Assembly: GCF_021246445.1 (NCBI RefSeq)
Contig: NZ_JAJQXW010000003.1
Coordinates: 186,001-250,000 of the forward strand
DNA: 64,000 nucleotides
Source of the DNA: Rhabdothermincola salaria
GTDB lineage: Bacteria; Actinomycetota; Acidimicrobiia; Acidimicrobiales; Acidimicrobilacustridaceae
Direction of reading: 5' to 3'
Positions 1-11,196 of the stretch are shown piece after piece. The translations under genes were made by a program, and so were the position numbers. The notes below the pieces were generated by a model. That model was not told where the DNA came from, searched no databases, and saw only the letters and a program-made list of their open reading frames with translations. How positions within the stretch are numbered: position 1 is the first letter of the stretch; each line of letters starts with the position of its first letter.

Positions 1-2
1 TC

Positions 3-1001
3 GACCAGCTGAAGGCCGAGACCGGCTCGTCGAGCGAGCTGGGCGTCTACATCCAGAGCCCCGACGGCGTCCTGACCGACGAGATGAGCGCCTTCGTGAC
101 CGGCCTGGCGCTCGACACGCTGGAGGGCAACGCCGACACCCTGGTCAACGTGTCGAGCCTGGCCACCACCGTCTTCTACCTGATGGAGGTGCCGGGCGCG
201 TCTCCGCTCCCCCCCACCGGTGAGGACCTCCAGAACGCCTACGCGGTGGCCCCACCCGACATCCAGCAGTCTCTCGTCGCGGACGACGGCAACGCCACCA
301 ACATGGTGTTCCTGGTGGGCCAGTCCTCGCTCGAGATCCGCAAGGACCTCGTCGACGAGCTGAGGGCCACCGTCCAGCCTCCGGCCGGCGCCACCGCCAC
401 CCCCGCCGGGCTGGCGGTGGTCGGGGTCGGCCTGCTCGACAACCTCACCGCCAACCGCCTGCTGCTCACCTGGTTGGCCCTCGGCGGCGTCGCCCTCTGG
501 CTGGTGATCCGCTTCGCCAGCCTGGTCAAGGCGGCCCTGGTGCTGCTACCCGTGCTGCTGGCCGTGGGCCTGGCCGCCACCGTCGTGTGGGCCGCCGGCA
601 TCACGGTGAGCCCGCTGACCACGGTGAGCGGCCCGCTGGTCATCGCCATCTGCACGGAGTTCGCCACGCTCATCTTGTTCCGCCACCTCGAGGAGCGGAG
701 GGCGGGCCACGCCCCCCGAACCGCGGTCGACATCGCCGCGGCCCGCACCGGACGCGCCTTCTTCGCCTCGTCGCTCACCATCGTCGGCGGGTTCGCCGTG
801 CTCCTCGTCTCGCCGCTGCCGCTGCTGCGCGACTTCGGTGCCATCGTGGCCCTCACCGTGGCCATCGCCTTGCTGTCCGCCGTCACGGTGCTGCCACCGG
901 TCCTCATCTGGGCCGACGAGCGCGGTTGGGTGAAGGCCGGGCGCTCGACCGCCACCGATCCCACCGGAGCGGACCGGCGCTCGACCGAGGCGCCCGTCTA
1001 G
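3..1001 (+). CDS. MMPL/RND-family membrane transporter, C-terminal part (5' end outside window)
   Basis: Frame is open from position 3. Several TM helices with RND/MMPL-like C-terminal pattern (RHLEERRAG..TGRAFFASSLTIVGGFAVLLVSPLPLLRDFG). Confidence 0.8.
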   Translation, partial: DQLKAETGSSSELGVYIQSPDGVLTDEMSAFVTGLALDTLEGNADTLVNVSSLATTVFYLMEVPGASPLPPTGEDLQNAYAVAPPDIQQSLVADDGNATNMVFLVGQSSLEIRKDLVDELRATVQPPAGATATPAGLAVVGVGLLDNLTANRLLLTWLALGGVALWLVIRFASLVKAALVLLPVLLAVGLAATVVWAAGITVSPLTTVSGPLVIAICTEFATLILFRHLEERRAGHAPRTAVDIAAARTGRAFFASSLTIVGGFAVLLVSPLPLLRDFGAIVALTVAIALLSAVTVLPPVLIWADERGWVKAGRSTATDPTGADRRSTEAPV

Positions 1002-1097
1002 TCCACATCGCCAGTGGTGGCCTGGGTCCTCGCGCCCGGCGCCGACCGGCCTTCGCGGGGCGCTCGGCACCCGTCGGCGCGCCGGTAGCATCCACTC

Positions 1098-4000
1098 GTG
1101 GCCGATGACTCCCCCCTGCAGATCGCGGGCCCGAACGCGTGGCTCGTCGACGAGATGTACGAGCAGTACCTCGACAACCCGACCTCGGTGAGCGAGTCCT
1201 GGCAGGACTTCTTCGCCGACTACCGCCCGTCGGGTCCAGCTGGTCGGGCCGCACCGCCCACCCCCGCTCCCGAGGCACCGGCGTCCACTCCGGCCCCCTC
1301 GACTCCCGCCGCCACCACACCGGCCGCCCCGGCAGCCTCGGCTGCCGAGACGAAAGAGGCGCCGGCCGAGGTGCCCGGCCAGCCGCTGCGGGGTGCCGCC
1401 GCCCGCATCGTCACCAACATGGAAGCCAGCCTGGCCGTGCCCACGGCCACCAGCTTCCGTGAGGTGCCGGCGAAGCTCCTCGAGGTCAACCGCAAGATCA
1501 TCAACGGCTACCTCACCCGCACGCGGGGCGGGAAGATCAGCTTCACCCACATCATCGGCTACGCCGTGGTGCGGGCCATCGCCGACACCGTCCCGGTGAT
1601 GAACTCGTCGTACCTCGAAGGCCCCGACGGCAAGCCCCGGGTCGTCCGGCCGGAGCACATCGGCCTCGGCATCGCCGTCGACATCGAAAAGGACGACGGC
1701 AGCCGCACGCTGATGGTGCCCTGCGTCAAGCGCGCCGACACCCTCGACTTCGCCGAGTTCCACGCGGCCTACGAGGAGCTCATCCGCAAGGTGCGGTCCA
1801 ACAAGCTCAGCCCCGACGACTTCTCGGGCGTCACCGTGAGCCTCACCAACCCGGGCACCATCGGCACCGTGCAGTCCGTGCCCCGCCTCATGCCGGGCCA
1901 AGGGCTCATCGTGGGCGTGGGGAGCCTCGACTACCCCACCGAGTTCCAGGGCGCCGACCCCGCCACGCTGGCCGACCTGGGCATGTCCAAGATCATGACG
2001 GTCAGCTCGACCTACGACCACCGCATCATCCAGGGTGCCGAGTCGGGGTTGTTCCTGAAGCGGGTCCACGAGCTGCTCACCGGCGCCGACGACTTCTACG
2101 AGGACGTGTTCCGTGCCCTCGGCGTGCCCTACGAGGCCGTCGACTGGCGCCGCGACGTCAACCCCGTCGACCGCGAAGCGGGCATGCTCGACAAGCAGAT
2201 GCAGGTCCAGCAGCTGGTCAACATGCACCGGGTGCGGGGCCACCTCATCGCCGACCTCGATCCGTTGTCGAGCGAGGAACCCCACCTGCACGCCGAGCTC
2301 GATCCGGCCACCTACGGGCTGACCATCTGGGACCTCGACCGCGAGTTCTTCACCGGCGGCATCGCCGGGCGCACCCGCATGAAGCTCGACGACATGCTGG
2401 GCGTGCTGCGCGACGCCTACTGCCGCACGATCGGCATCGAGTACATGCACATCCAGGATCTGGCCGAGAAGCGCTGGATCCAGGAGCACGTCGAAGGCGT
2501 GTCGGTCGAGCTCACCGTCGACGAGAAGCACCACATCCTGGAGCGACTCAACTCCGCCGAGGCGCTCGAGAAGTTCCTGGCCACCAAGTACCTGGGCCAG
2601 AAGCGCTTCGGGCTCGACGGCGCCGAGGCGACCATCCCGCTCATCGATGCCGTGCTCTCCGAGGCGGCCGACGCCCACATGGTGTCCGCCGTGGTCGGCA
2701 TGGCCCACCGGGGTCGGCTCAACCTCCTGGTGAACATCGTGGGCAAGAGCTACCAGCAGCTCTTCAACGAGTTCGAGGGCAACATCGACCCCGAGTCCAT
2801 CCAGGGCTCGGGCGACGTGAAGTACCACCTGGGCCAGACCGGCAAGTTCGAGAGCCGCCGGGGCAACGCCATCCCCGTCGAGCTGGCCGCCAACCCGTCC
2901 CACCTCGAGGCCGTCGACCCGGTGGTGGTCGGCATGGCCCGGGCCAAGATGGACCTCATCGAGCCGCCGGGCAACTACCCGGTGCTGCCGGTGCTCATCC
3001 ACGGCGACGCCGCGTTCGCCGGCCAGGGCGTGGTCGCCGAGACCCTCAACCTGTCCGACATCAAGGGCTACCGCGTGGGTGGCACCATCCACGTGATCAT
3101 CAACAACCAGCTCGGGTTCACCACGCCGCCCACCGCGGCCCGCTCGTCGGAGTACCCGACCGACGTGGCCAAGATGGTGCAGGCCCCGATCTTCCACGTG
3201 AACGGCGACGACCCCGAGGCGGTGGTGCGGGTGGCCCGTCTGGCCTTCGCCTACCGCCAGGCGTTCCACAAGGACGTCGTCATCGACATGGTCTGCTACC
3301 GGCGCCACGGCCACAACGAGGGCGACGACCCCAGCTACACCCAGCCGCTCATGTACAAGCGCATCGACGCCCGCCGCACGGTGCGCAAGATCTACACCGA
3401 GGCCCTCGTCAAGAAGGGCGACATCTCCCTCGAGGAGGCCGAGGCGGCGCTCGACGACTTCCAACAGCGCCTGCAGAGCGCGCTGGACGAGACGCGGTCC
3501 CAGGCGCCCCCGCAGGCGATGGCCAAGGCCCCCGAGCGCACGTACATGGGGGTTCGCCCCCAGGTCGACACCGGGATCTCCCAGGAGGCGCTCGACGAGA
3601 TCTTCGCCGCCCTCGATCGAGTGCCCGAGGGGTTCACCGTCCACCCGAAGCTGGCCAAGCAGTTCGAGACCCGCCGCAAGATGTACACCGAGGACGGCGA
3701 GGTCGACTGGGCCCTCGGCGAGGCGTTCGCCTTCGGTTCGTTGCTCCACGAGGGCACCTCCGTCCGGGTCGCCGGCGAGGACAGCCGACGCGGCACGTTC
3801 TCGCACCGTCACGCCGTGCTGGTCGACTACGAGAACGGCGGCGAGATCACGCCGCTCGACGGCGCGGCGCGCGACGGCGCCAAGTTCTGGATCTACGACT
3901 CGCTGCTCTCGGAGTTCGCCGCCCTCGGGTTCGAGTACGGCTACGCCGTCGAGAACAAGGACGCGCTGGTCGTCTGGGAAGCCCAGTTCGGCGACTTCAT

Positions 4001-4730
4001 GAACGGCGCCCAGGTCATCATCGACCAGTTCATCGTCGCCGCCGAGGACAAGTGGGACCAGACCGCCGGCTTGGTCATGCTGTTGCCCCACGGCTACGAG
4101 GGGCAGGGCCCCGAGCACTCCTCGGCTCGCATCGAGCGCTTCCTCACCCTCTCGGCGGGCGACAACATCCAGGTCTGCAACGCCACCACCGCGGCCCAGT
4201 TCTTCCATCTGCTGCGGCGTCAGATGCACCGAGAGGTGCGCAAGCCGCTGATCGTGTTCACCCCCAAGTCGCTGCTGCGGGCCAAGGCCTCTCGTTCACC
4301 GGTGTCGGAGCTGGTGACGGGCTCGTTCCAGGAGGTCATCGACGATCCGGGGATCACCGACCCTGCCGCCGTGCGACGGGTGGTCTTCGCCTCGGGCAAG
4401 GTGGCCGTCGAGGCCCAGCACGAGCGCGACCAGCGCGGCGCGCCGGTCGCCATCGCCCGCGTCGAGCAGCTCTACCCCTGGCCCTTCGAGGCGGTCGCCG
4501 GGGTGCTCGCCCGCTACCCCAACGCCCACGAGCTGTGGTGGCTGCAGGAGGAGCCCGAGAACATGGGGGCCTGGAACCACATCAAGGGCCACCTGTACGA
4601 GGCGCATGACGACACCCACTCGGTCCACCGCGTGAGCAGGCCGGAGTCGGGCAGCCCGGCCACCGGCGTCCTCGCCATCCACCAGGCCGAGGTCCGCGAG
4701 CTCTGGGACCACACCTTCCGCGACCTCTGA
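1098..4730 (+). CDS. kgd: Multifunctional 2-oxoglutarate decarboxylase/dehydrogenase (E2-like + E1 fusion)
   Basis: N-terminal GPNAWLVDEMYEQY, E2-like TYDHRIIQGAESG, ThDP motif HGDAAFAGQG..INNQ, LPHGYEGQGPEHSSAR. Confidence 0.97.
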   Translation: MADDSPLQIAGPNAWLVDEMYEQYLDNPTSVSESWQDFFADYRPSGPAGRAAPPTPAPEAPASTPAPSTPAATTPAAPAASAAETKEAPAEVPGQPLRGAAARIVTNMEASLAVPTATSFREVPAKLLEVNRKIINGYLTRTRGGKISFTHIIGYAVVRAIADTVPVMNSSYLEGPDGKPRVVRPEHIGLGIAVDIEKDDGSRTLMVPCVKRADTLDFAEFHAAYEELIRKVRSNKLSPDDFSGVTVSLTNPGTIGTVQSVPRLMPGQGLIVGVGSLDYPTEFQGADPATLADLGMSKIMTVSSTYDHRIIQGAESGLFLKRVHELLTGADDFYEDVFRALGVPYEAVDWRRDVNPVDREAGMLDKQMQVQQLVNMHRVRGHLIADLDPLSSEEPHLHAELDPATYGLTIWDLDREFFTGGIAGRTRMKLDDMLGVLRDAYCRTIGIEYMHIQDLAEKRWIQEHVEGVSVELTVDEKHHILERLNSAEALEKFLATKYLGQKRFGLDGAEATIPLIDAVLSEAADAHMVSAVVGMAHRGRLNLLVNIVGKSYQQLFNEFEGNIDPESIQGSGDVKYHLGQTGKFESRRGNAIPVELAANPSHLEAVDPVVVGMARAKMDLIEPPGNYPVLPVLIHGDAAFAGQGVVAETLNLSDIKGYRVGGTIHVIINNQLGFTTPPTAARSSEYPTDVAKMVQAPIFHVNGDDPEAVVRVARLAFAYRQAFHKDVVIDMVCYRRHGHNEGDDPSYTQPLMYKRIDARRTVRKIYTEALVKKGDISLEEAEAALDDFQQRLQSALDETRSQAPPQAMAKAPERTYMGVRPQVDTGISQEALDEIFAALDRVPEGFTVHPKLAKQFETRRKMYTEDGEVDWALGEAFAFGSLLHEGTSVRVAGEDSRRGTFSHRHAVLVDYENGGEITPLDGAARDGAKFWIYDSLLSEFAALGFEYGYAVENKDALVVWEAQFGDFMNGAQVIIDQFIVAAEDKWDQTAGLVMLLPHGYEGQGPEHSSARIERFLTLSAGDNIQVCNATTAAQFFHLLRRQMHREVRKPLIVFTPKSLLRAKASRSPVSELVTGSFQEVIDDPGITDPAAVRRVVFASGKVAVEAQHERDQRGAPVAIARVEQLYPWPFEAVAGVLARYPNAHELWWLQEEPENMGAWNHIKGHLYEAHDDTHSVHRVSRPESGSPATGVLAIHQAEVRELWDHTFRDL

Positions 4731-4793
4731 CGCCAGCGAGCCGGCGCCCGGTGGCGGCGGCGGCGCCGGCGCCGGCGCCAGCGCCAGCGGGCG

Positions 4794-6137
4794 TCACGCG
4801 AGCAGGTCGCGGGCCACGGCGTCCCACATCTCGGTCGAGAGCCGCAACGACGTGGTGTCGACGCGCTCGTCGTCGCCGTGGAACATGGCGCCGTAGTCCT
4901 CGAAGGTGAGGTGCTCGCTGAAGAGCCCGAAGCCGTAGGCGGTGGCGCCGGTCCGCCGGAAGAAGCGGGCGTCGGTGGCGCCCACGGTGAGGAACGGCAC
5001 CGTCTCCGAACCGGGGTACCAGCGCTGCGTGAGACGCGAGAGGCTGCGCCACAGGGGGGTGTCGGTGGCCGACGAGCTCGACGGGTCCTCCCGGTCGGGG
5101 ATGAACTCCACCTTGGCCGCCAGGTCGCCCAACGCGGCGTCGAGCTCGGCGTGCACTTCCGCCGCGCCCTGGCCGGGCAGGGTGCGGATGTCGACCTGGA
5201 GCTCGACGGTGTCGGGGATGACGTTGATCTTGGTGCCGCCCTCGATGATCGTGGGGGCGAACGTGGTGTGGGTGCAGGCGTGGAACTGGCGGGCCATCCC
5301 CACCGGGAGCTGAGCCAGGACGTCGTGGATGCCGTCGGGTGACAGCAACGGCTCGGTGATCTCGGGTGGGTAGCCCATGGAGGTGATGAAGCGTCGCCAC
5401 GTGTCGTGGATGACGGTCTCGGGCACGTGCTCGGCGAGGCGACGCACCACCTCGGCCGCGGTGACCAGGGCGTTGTCGGTGCGGTAGGGCTGGGAGCCGT
5501 GGCCCGGCGTCCCCCCGATGCGCAGGGTGCCCCACATCGAGCCCTTCTCGCCGACGATCACCGGGAGCTTGAGCCCGGCCGGGCTCGGCAGGGGGATCCC
5601 GCCCGACTCGGTGATGACGTAGTCGGCGGCCACCGCGTCGAGGTGGTGCTCGACGAGATGCTCGGCCCCGTAGGTTCCCAGGGCCTCCTCGTCGGCGACG
5701 GCCAGGTACACGAGGGTCCCGTCGGGGGTGAAGCCGCGGCGGGCCAACTCCTTGAACGCCACCGCCATGGACGCGGTGAGGTTCAACATGTCGACCGCCC
5801 CCCGGCCCCACACCTCGCCCTCGATGAGCTCACCGCCGAAGGGGTCGTGGCGCCAACGGGCCTCGTTGGCCGGCACCACGTCGGTGTGGCCCATCAACAG
5901 CAGGGTGGGGGCCTCGGGATCACGCCCCTCGATGCGACCCACGAGGCTGGTGCGTCCGGGGCCGGCGGTGTAGCGCTCGAGATCGAGGCCTGGGCCCTCC
6001 AGGTAGTCGGCGAGGAGGCCGGCGCTGCGCTCCTCGTGCCCGGACCCGGCGGTCCCGTCGTTCACGCACCGGTTGCGGATGAGCCCCTGGAGCAGCTCGG
6101 TGCACTCCCCCTCGAGGGCCATCGTCGTGGCGTCCAC
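4794..6137 (-). CDS. M20/M25/M40 family metallopeptidase/hydrolase
   Basis: GHTDVVP, GRGAVDM, DEEA, ESGG, GATDAR and FHGDDER motifs. GTG 6137 lies 7 nt after a TACGCT -10 box. Confidence 0.9.
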   Translation of the reverse strand: MDATTMALEGECTELLQGLIRNRCVNDGTAGSGHEERSAGLLADYLEGPGLDLERYTAGPGRTSLVGRIEGRDPEAPTLLLMGHTDVVPANEARWRHDPFGGELIEGEVWGRGAVDMLNLTASMAVAFKELARRGFTPDGTLVYLAVADEEALGTYGAEHLVEHHLDAVAADYVITESGGIPLPSPAGLKLPVIVGEKGSMWGTLRIGGTPGHGSQPYRTDNALVTAAEVVRRLAEHVPETVIHDTWRRFITSMGYPPEITEPLLSPDGIHDVLAQLPVGMARQFHACTHTTFAPTIIEGGTKINVIPDTVELQVDIRTLPGQGAAEVHAELDAALGDLAAKVEFIPDREDPSSSSATDTPLWRSLSRLTQRWYPGSETVPFLTVGATDARFFRRTGATAYGFGLFSEHLTFEDYGAMFHGDDERVDTTSLRLSTEMWDAVARDLLA

Positions 6138-6342
6138 CCTCGGCAGCGTAGGCTGAGCGGGACAGACACACCGTGGAGTCGCCCCGAACCTCCCGACCGT
6201 GACGTCGCCGCGACCGCCCCGTCCAGGGTCGGTGCGCAGCGCCGTCGGGTCGGATCCGGGTTGGTGCCCTCGACGGTCCGCCCCTCCGGGGCCCCACCGC
6301 TTCCGCCTCTGGGCGGAGAACACAGAAGAGCCGACAACCCAC

Positions 6343-7803
6343 ATGATCCGATCCCACGTGGTCGTCGATGGATCGAACATCGCGACCGAGGGGCGCACCA
6401 GCCCCAGCCTGCGCCAGCTGGACGACGCAGTGAAGGCTTTCCTCGACGAGCACGCCGTCGAGACCCTGACGGTCGTCGTCGACGCCACCTTCCCCAACCG
6501 CATCGAGCCATCCGAGCGCGCCGAGTACGAAGAGGCGATCCTCGCCGGCGAGCTGGTGACGCCCCCCGCGGGGGCCATCGGCCGAGGCGATGCCTTCATC
6601 CTGCAGATCGCCGAGAAGGTCGGGGCCACGGTCCTGTCCAACGACTCCTTCCAGGAGCTGCACCCCGCCCATCCCTGGGTGTTCGACGAGGGTCGCCTGA
6701 TCGGCGGCAAACCGGTGCCCGGCGTGGGCTGGGTGTTCCTGCTGCGGTCGCCCGTGCGAGGCCCGGTGAGCCGCCGAGCGGTGCGCGAGGCCAAGGACAA
6801 GGACCGACCGCGCGAGAAGAGCGACGACGGCCGGCGGCGCTCGCAGAGCGAAGGCAAGTCCAAGCGCCCCAAGGGCGGCGGCGAGACCAAGACCGCCGGC
6901 GACAGCTCGTCCAAGGACTCGAAGCAGTCCAAGGAGCGGAGGAACCGTCCCGCCAAGAAGCCGGCCGAGCCCCTCAACGAACCCCTTCCCTTCATCGAGT
7001 TCGTGGCCGCCCACCCGATCGGCAGCACCCTCGAGGGCAAGGTCGAGACGTTCTCCTCCCACGGCGCCTACGTCGAGGCCGGCGGCGCCCGCTGCTACGT
7101 GCCTCTCAAGCTGATGGGCGACCCACCGCCGAAGCGGGCTCGTGACCTGATGACCATCGGCGAACGCCGGCTGTTCGCCGTCCACTCCCTCGATACCCCC
7201 CGACGCGGGATCGACCTGGCCATGGTCGACGCTCCGCCGATCAGCTCGCCTCGCCCCGACGACGACGCCGAGACGACGACAGCCCCATCCAGTGAGTCGC
7301 CTCAGCATCGTCCCCCCACGACATCGGACGGGCCGCCGGCCGACTCTGTTTCCGCGGCAACGAAGCCGCGTCGCGGTCGCCGATCGGGGGCACCAACCAC
7401 CACGGACGTTGACGCAGTTGGTACAACTACGCGATCCGATCAACACGCCGAGGAGGCGACGGTGACCCCAGCAGCGAAGAAGGCCCCGGCCAAGAAGGCG
7501 CCCGCGAAGAAGGCACCCGCCAAGAAGACCGCGGCGAAGAAGGCGCCCGCCAAGAAGGCACCCGCCAAGAAGACCGCGGCGAAGAAGGCGCCCGCCAAGA
7601 AGGCACCCGCCAAGAAGACCGCGGCGAAGAAGGCGCCCGCCAAGAAGGCACCCGCCAAGAAGACCGCGGCCAAGAAGGCGCCCGCCAAGAAGGCACCCGC
7701 CAAGAAGACCGCGGCCAAGAAGGCGCCCGCCAAGAAGGCACCCGCCAAGAAGACCGCGGCCAAGAAGGCACCCGCCAAGAAGACGACCTCGCGTCGCCGC
7801 TGA
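6343..7803 (+). CDS. NYN/PIN-like ribonuclease domain + S1-like domain + histone H1-like PAKK tail
   Basis: [29 protein letters not shown] (PIN/NYN acidic residues). S1-like [21 protein letters not shown]-terminal [10 protein letters not shown] repeats. Confidence 0.8.
   Translation: MIRSHVVVDGSNIATEGRTSPSLRQLDDAVKAFLDEHAVETLTVVVDATFPNRIEPSERAEYEEAILAGELVTPPAGAIGRGDAFILQIAEKVGATVLSNDSFQELHPAHPWVFDEGRLIGGKPVPGVGWVFLLRSPVRGPVSRRAVREAKDKDRPREKSDDGRRRSQSEGKSKRPKGGGETKTAGDSSSKDSKQSKERRNRPAKKPAEPLNEPLPFIEFVAAHPIGSTLEGKVETFSSHGAYVEAGGARCYVPLKLMGDPPPKRARDLMTIGERRLFAVHSLDTPRRGIDLAMVDAPPISSPRPDDDAETTTAPSSESPQHRPPTTSDGPPADSVSAATKPRRGRRSGAPTTTDVDAVGTTTRSDQHAEEATVTPAAKKAPAKKAPAKKAPAKKTAAKKAPAKKAPAKKTAAKKAPAKKAPAKKTAAKKAPAKKAPAKKTAAKKAPAKKAPAKKTAAKKAPAKKAPAKKTAAKKAPAKKTTSRRR
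7462..7803 (+). CDS. Possible nested in-frame histone H1-like protein (113 aa)
   Basis: AGGAGG at 7451-7456, 5 nt before in-frame GTG 7462 at the start of the PAKK tract. Confidence 0.55.
   Translation: MTPAAKKAPAKKAPAKKAPAKKTAAKKAPAKKAPAKKTAAKKAPAKKAPAKKTAAKKAPAKKAPAKKTAAKKAPAKKAPAKKTAAKKAPAKKAPAKKTAAKKAPAKKTTSRRR
7477..7785 (+). repeat. Coding tandem repeat: 15-bp units arranged in ~45-bp higher-order units ([15 protein letters not shown])
   Basis: Repeated aagaagaccgcggc(g/c)aagaaggcgcccgccaagaaggcacccgcc. Confidence 0.95.
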
Positions 7804-7823
7804 CCCTCAGCTCCCGTCGTGAT

Positions 7824-7850
7824 CGGTGCCCCGCCCGAGGCGGGGCACCG
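7824..7850 (+). terminator. Probable intrinsic terminator hairpin
   Basis: CGGTGCCCCGCC-CGA-GGCGGGGCACCG, a perfect 12-bp stem 20 nt after the stop codon. Confidence 0.7.
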
Positions 7851-7903
7851 TCGCGTCCGAGGCCCGTCGGCGGGTCCGCAGGGCCTCGGTAGCCTCGGAA
7901 CCC

Positions 7904-9580
<1,677 letters not shown>

Positions 9581-9586
9581 GCCGTC

Positions 9587-9615
9587 GGCTCCGGGCGGGA
9601 CCGTCCCCCGGAGCC
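9587..9615. terminator. Hairpin between convergent genes
   Basis: GGCTCCGGG.GGGAC-C-GTCCC-CCGGAGCC inverted repeat. Confidence 0.55.
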
Positions 9616-9619
9616 CGGC

Positions 9620-10288
9620 TCAGGCCTCTCCCAGCGACTCGGTGGGCAACGGTAGGTGGGCGTCGAGCACGGCGAGATACGGCTCCACCTCGCCCTCGTG
9701 AGGCAGGGCGCGCAGCTCGTCGGCGGTGCGGCGGCTGTTGACCGCCCTGGTCACCTCCCACGGAGTGGTGACCAGCACCCACCCGGGCGGGGCGTCGTGG
9801 GACCGCCAGGTCCGCACCCCGCACCGGGCCTCGATGCTCCCGAGACCGGCCGCCTCCAACGGGGCCGTCAGGCCGGCGAGCGTGCGAGGCAGGACCATGT
9901 CCACGTCGAGGGCGTCGTAGTCGGCACGGCCGATGGCGCCCCTCAGGTCGTGCTCGTGCACGGCCAGGTCGTCGAAGAGCAGCCCGGCCCCACCGGACAG
10001 CAGACCTCGCAGGCCCTCGTCGATGCTCGTCCACTCCTCGACGAGGGACGCCAGCGACCGGCCCCGGCGGGCCTCGACCAGGCCGTCGAGCCAGGCCTGG
10101 AGCTCGCCGCCGGGGACGTCGCCCGACGAGAGGGCCGCGGGCAGCCCGCTGCAGTGCGCCACCAGATCCGTGACCGACCAGTCCGGGCAGGCGGGGACGG
10201 TGCGGGCCAACTCGTCCGGATCGCACCCCTCGACCAGCTCGATCATGCGCATCCGCACGCGGTCGTATGCCTCGAACAGATCCCCCAC
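9620..10288 (-). CDS. Mycothiol-dependent maleylpyruvate isomerase (DinB/MDMPI) family protein
   Basis: VPACPDWSVTDLVAH and DLAVHEHDLRGA motifs. GTG 10288 follows an RBS-like GAGAGGGG. Confidence 0.85.
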   Translation of the reverse strand: MGDLFEAYDRVRMRMIELVEGCDPDELARTVPACPDWSVTDLVAHCSGLPAALSSGDVPGGELQAWLDGLVEARRGRSLASLVEEWTSIDEGLRGLLSGGAGLLFDDLAVHEHDLRGAIGRADYDALDVDMVLPRTLAGLTAPLEAAGLGSIEARCGVRTWRSHDAPPGWVLVTTPWEVTRAVNSRRTADELRALPHEGEVEPYLAVLDAHLPLPTESLGEA

Positions 10289-10334
10289 GACGTCCCCTCT
10301 CGTCACGCCGACCGACCCCCGGTCGTGGACCGGC

Positions 10335-10344
10335 ACCCTAGGGT
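10335..10344. promoter_or_regulatory. Palindromic, possibly bidirectional -10 element (TAGGGT on both strands)
   Basis: ACCCTAGGGT between divergent genes; the + strand box is 6 nt before the cysQ GTG. Confidence 0.5.
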
Positions 10345-10350
10345 ACGGAG

Positions 10351-11142
10351 GTGAGCGCCACCCCGGAACGACACGACCCCACCGACACCGCCGACGACCA
10401 TGCCCTGGCCGCCCGCCTGGCCACCGGGGCCGGGGAGCTGCTGTTGGGCCTGCGCTCCGAGCTCTCCGCCGAAGGGGCCGACGAGCGGACCATCAAGGAC
10501 GCCGGCGACCTGCGGTCCCACGACTGGCTCATGGCCGAGCTGGCCACCGCCCGACCCGCCGATGCCGTGCTCTCCGAGGAGGGCAAGGACGACCAGGTCC
10601 GACTCCGGGCGTCTCGGGTGTGGATCGTCGACCCGCTCGACGGCACGCGCGAGTTCGGCGAAGGACGTGACGATTGGGCCGTGCACGTGGCCCTCTCCGT
10701 CGACGGTGTCCCGGTCGTGGGGGCGGTGGCCCTCCCCGGGCTCGACCTCACCCTCGCCAGCGCGCCGGCCGCCACCGTGCCGGCCCGACCCGATGGCGCG
10801 CCCGTGCGCCTGGTCGTGAGCCGGAGCCGTCCGCCGGCCCTCGCCACCGCCGTGGCCGCCTCGCTCGGCGGCGAGCTGCTCCCCATGGGCTCGGCCGGCG
10901 CCAAGGCCATGGCCGTGGTGCGGGGCGAGGCCGACGTCTACGTGCACGGCGGCGGTCAGTACGAGTGGGACAACTGCGCGCCGGCGGCGGTGGCGCTGGC
11001 CGCCGGGCTGCACGTGTCGAGGCTCGACGGCTCGCCCCTGCGCTACAACAACGCCGATCCCTACCTCCCCGACCTCGTCGTGTGCCGGGCCGAGCTGGCC
11101 GACGACGTGCTGGCGGCAGTGGCGGCCGCGGGCGAGGTCTGA
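10351..11142 (+). CDS. cysQ: 3'(2'),5'-bisphosphate nucleotidase CysQ
   Basis: LSEE, WIVDPLDGTREF, GSAGAK and EWDNCAPAA inositol-monophosphatase family motifs. Confidence 0.92.
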   Translation: MSATPERHDPTDTADDHALAARLATGAGELLLGLRSELSAEGADERTIKDAGDLRSHDWLMAELATARPADAVLSEEGKDDQVRLRASRVWIVDPLDGTREFGEGRDDWAVHVALSVDGVPVVGAVALPGLDLTLASAPAATVPARPDGAPVRLVVSRSRPPALATAVAASLGGELLPMGSAGAKAMAVVRGEADVYVHGGGQYEWDNCAPAAVALAAGLHVSRLDGSPLRYNNADPYLPDLVVCRAELADDVLAAVAAAGEV

Positions 11143-11196
11143 ACGAGGTCGCGGTCGGCCGCCGCCCCCCGGGCGCTGGTGACCTCTCGGGTTCGT

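Noticed and set aside
546..4229. Very long antisense and alternate-frame ORFs (also 33748-36750, 40800-45887 upstream part, 43113-45839 upstream part, 45930-47630, 61280-62989)
   Set aside because: Shadow ORFs typical of high-GC DNA. They overlap well-supported genes and show no family motifs.
4741..4792. GCGCC(G/A)/GGC low-complexity run between kgd and the M20 gene
   Set aside because: Short GC-rich tract between convergent genes with no evidence of function beyond a possible terminator.
7440..7778. Hydrophobic antisense ORF ([10 protein letters not shown] repeats) resembling a membrane protein
   Set aside because: It is the reverse complement of the Lys/Ala/Pro repeats.
7477..7785. Regular repeats resembling a CRISPR array
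   Set aside because: No unique spacers and no cas genes; the repeats are in-frame coding PAKK units.
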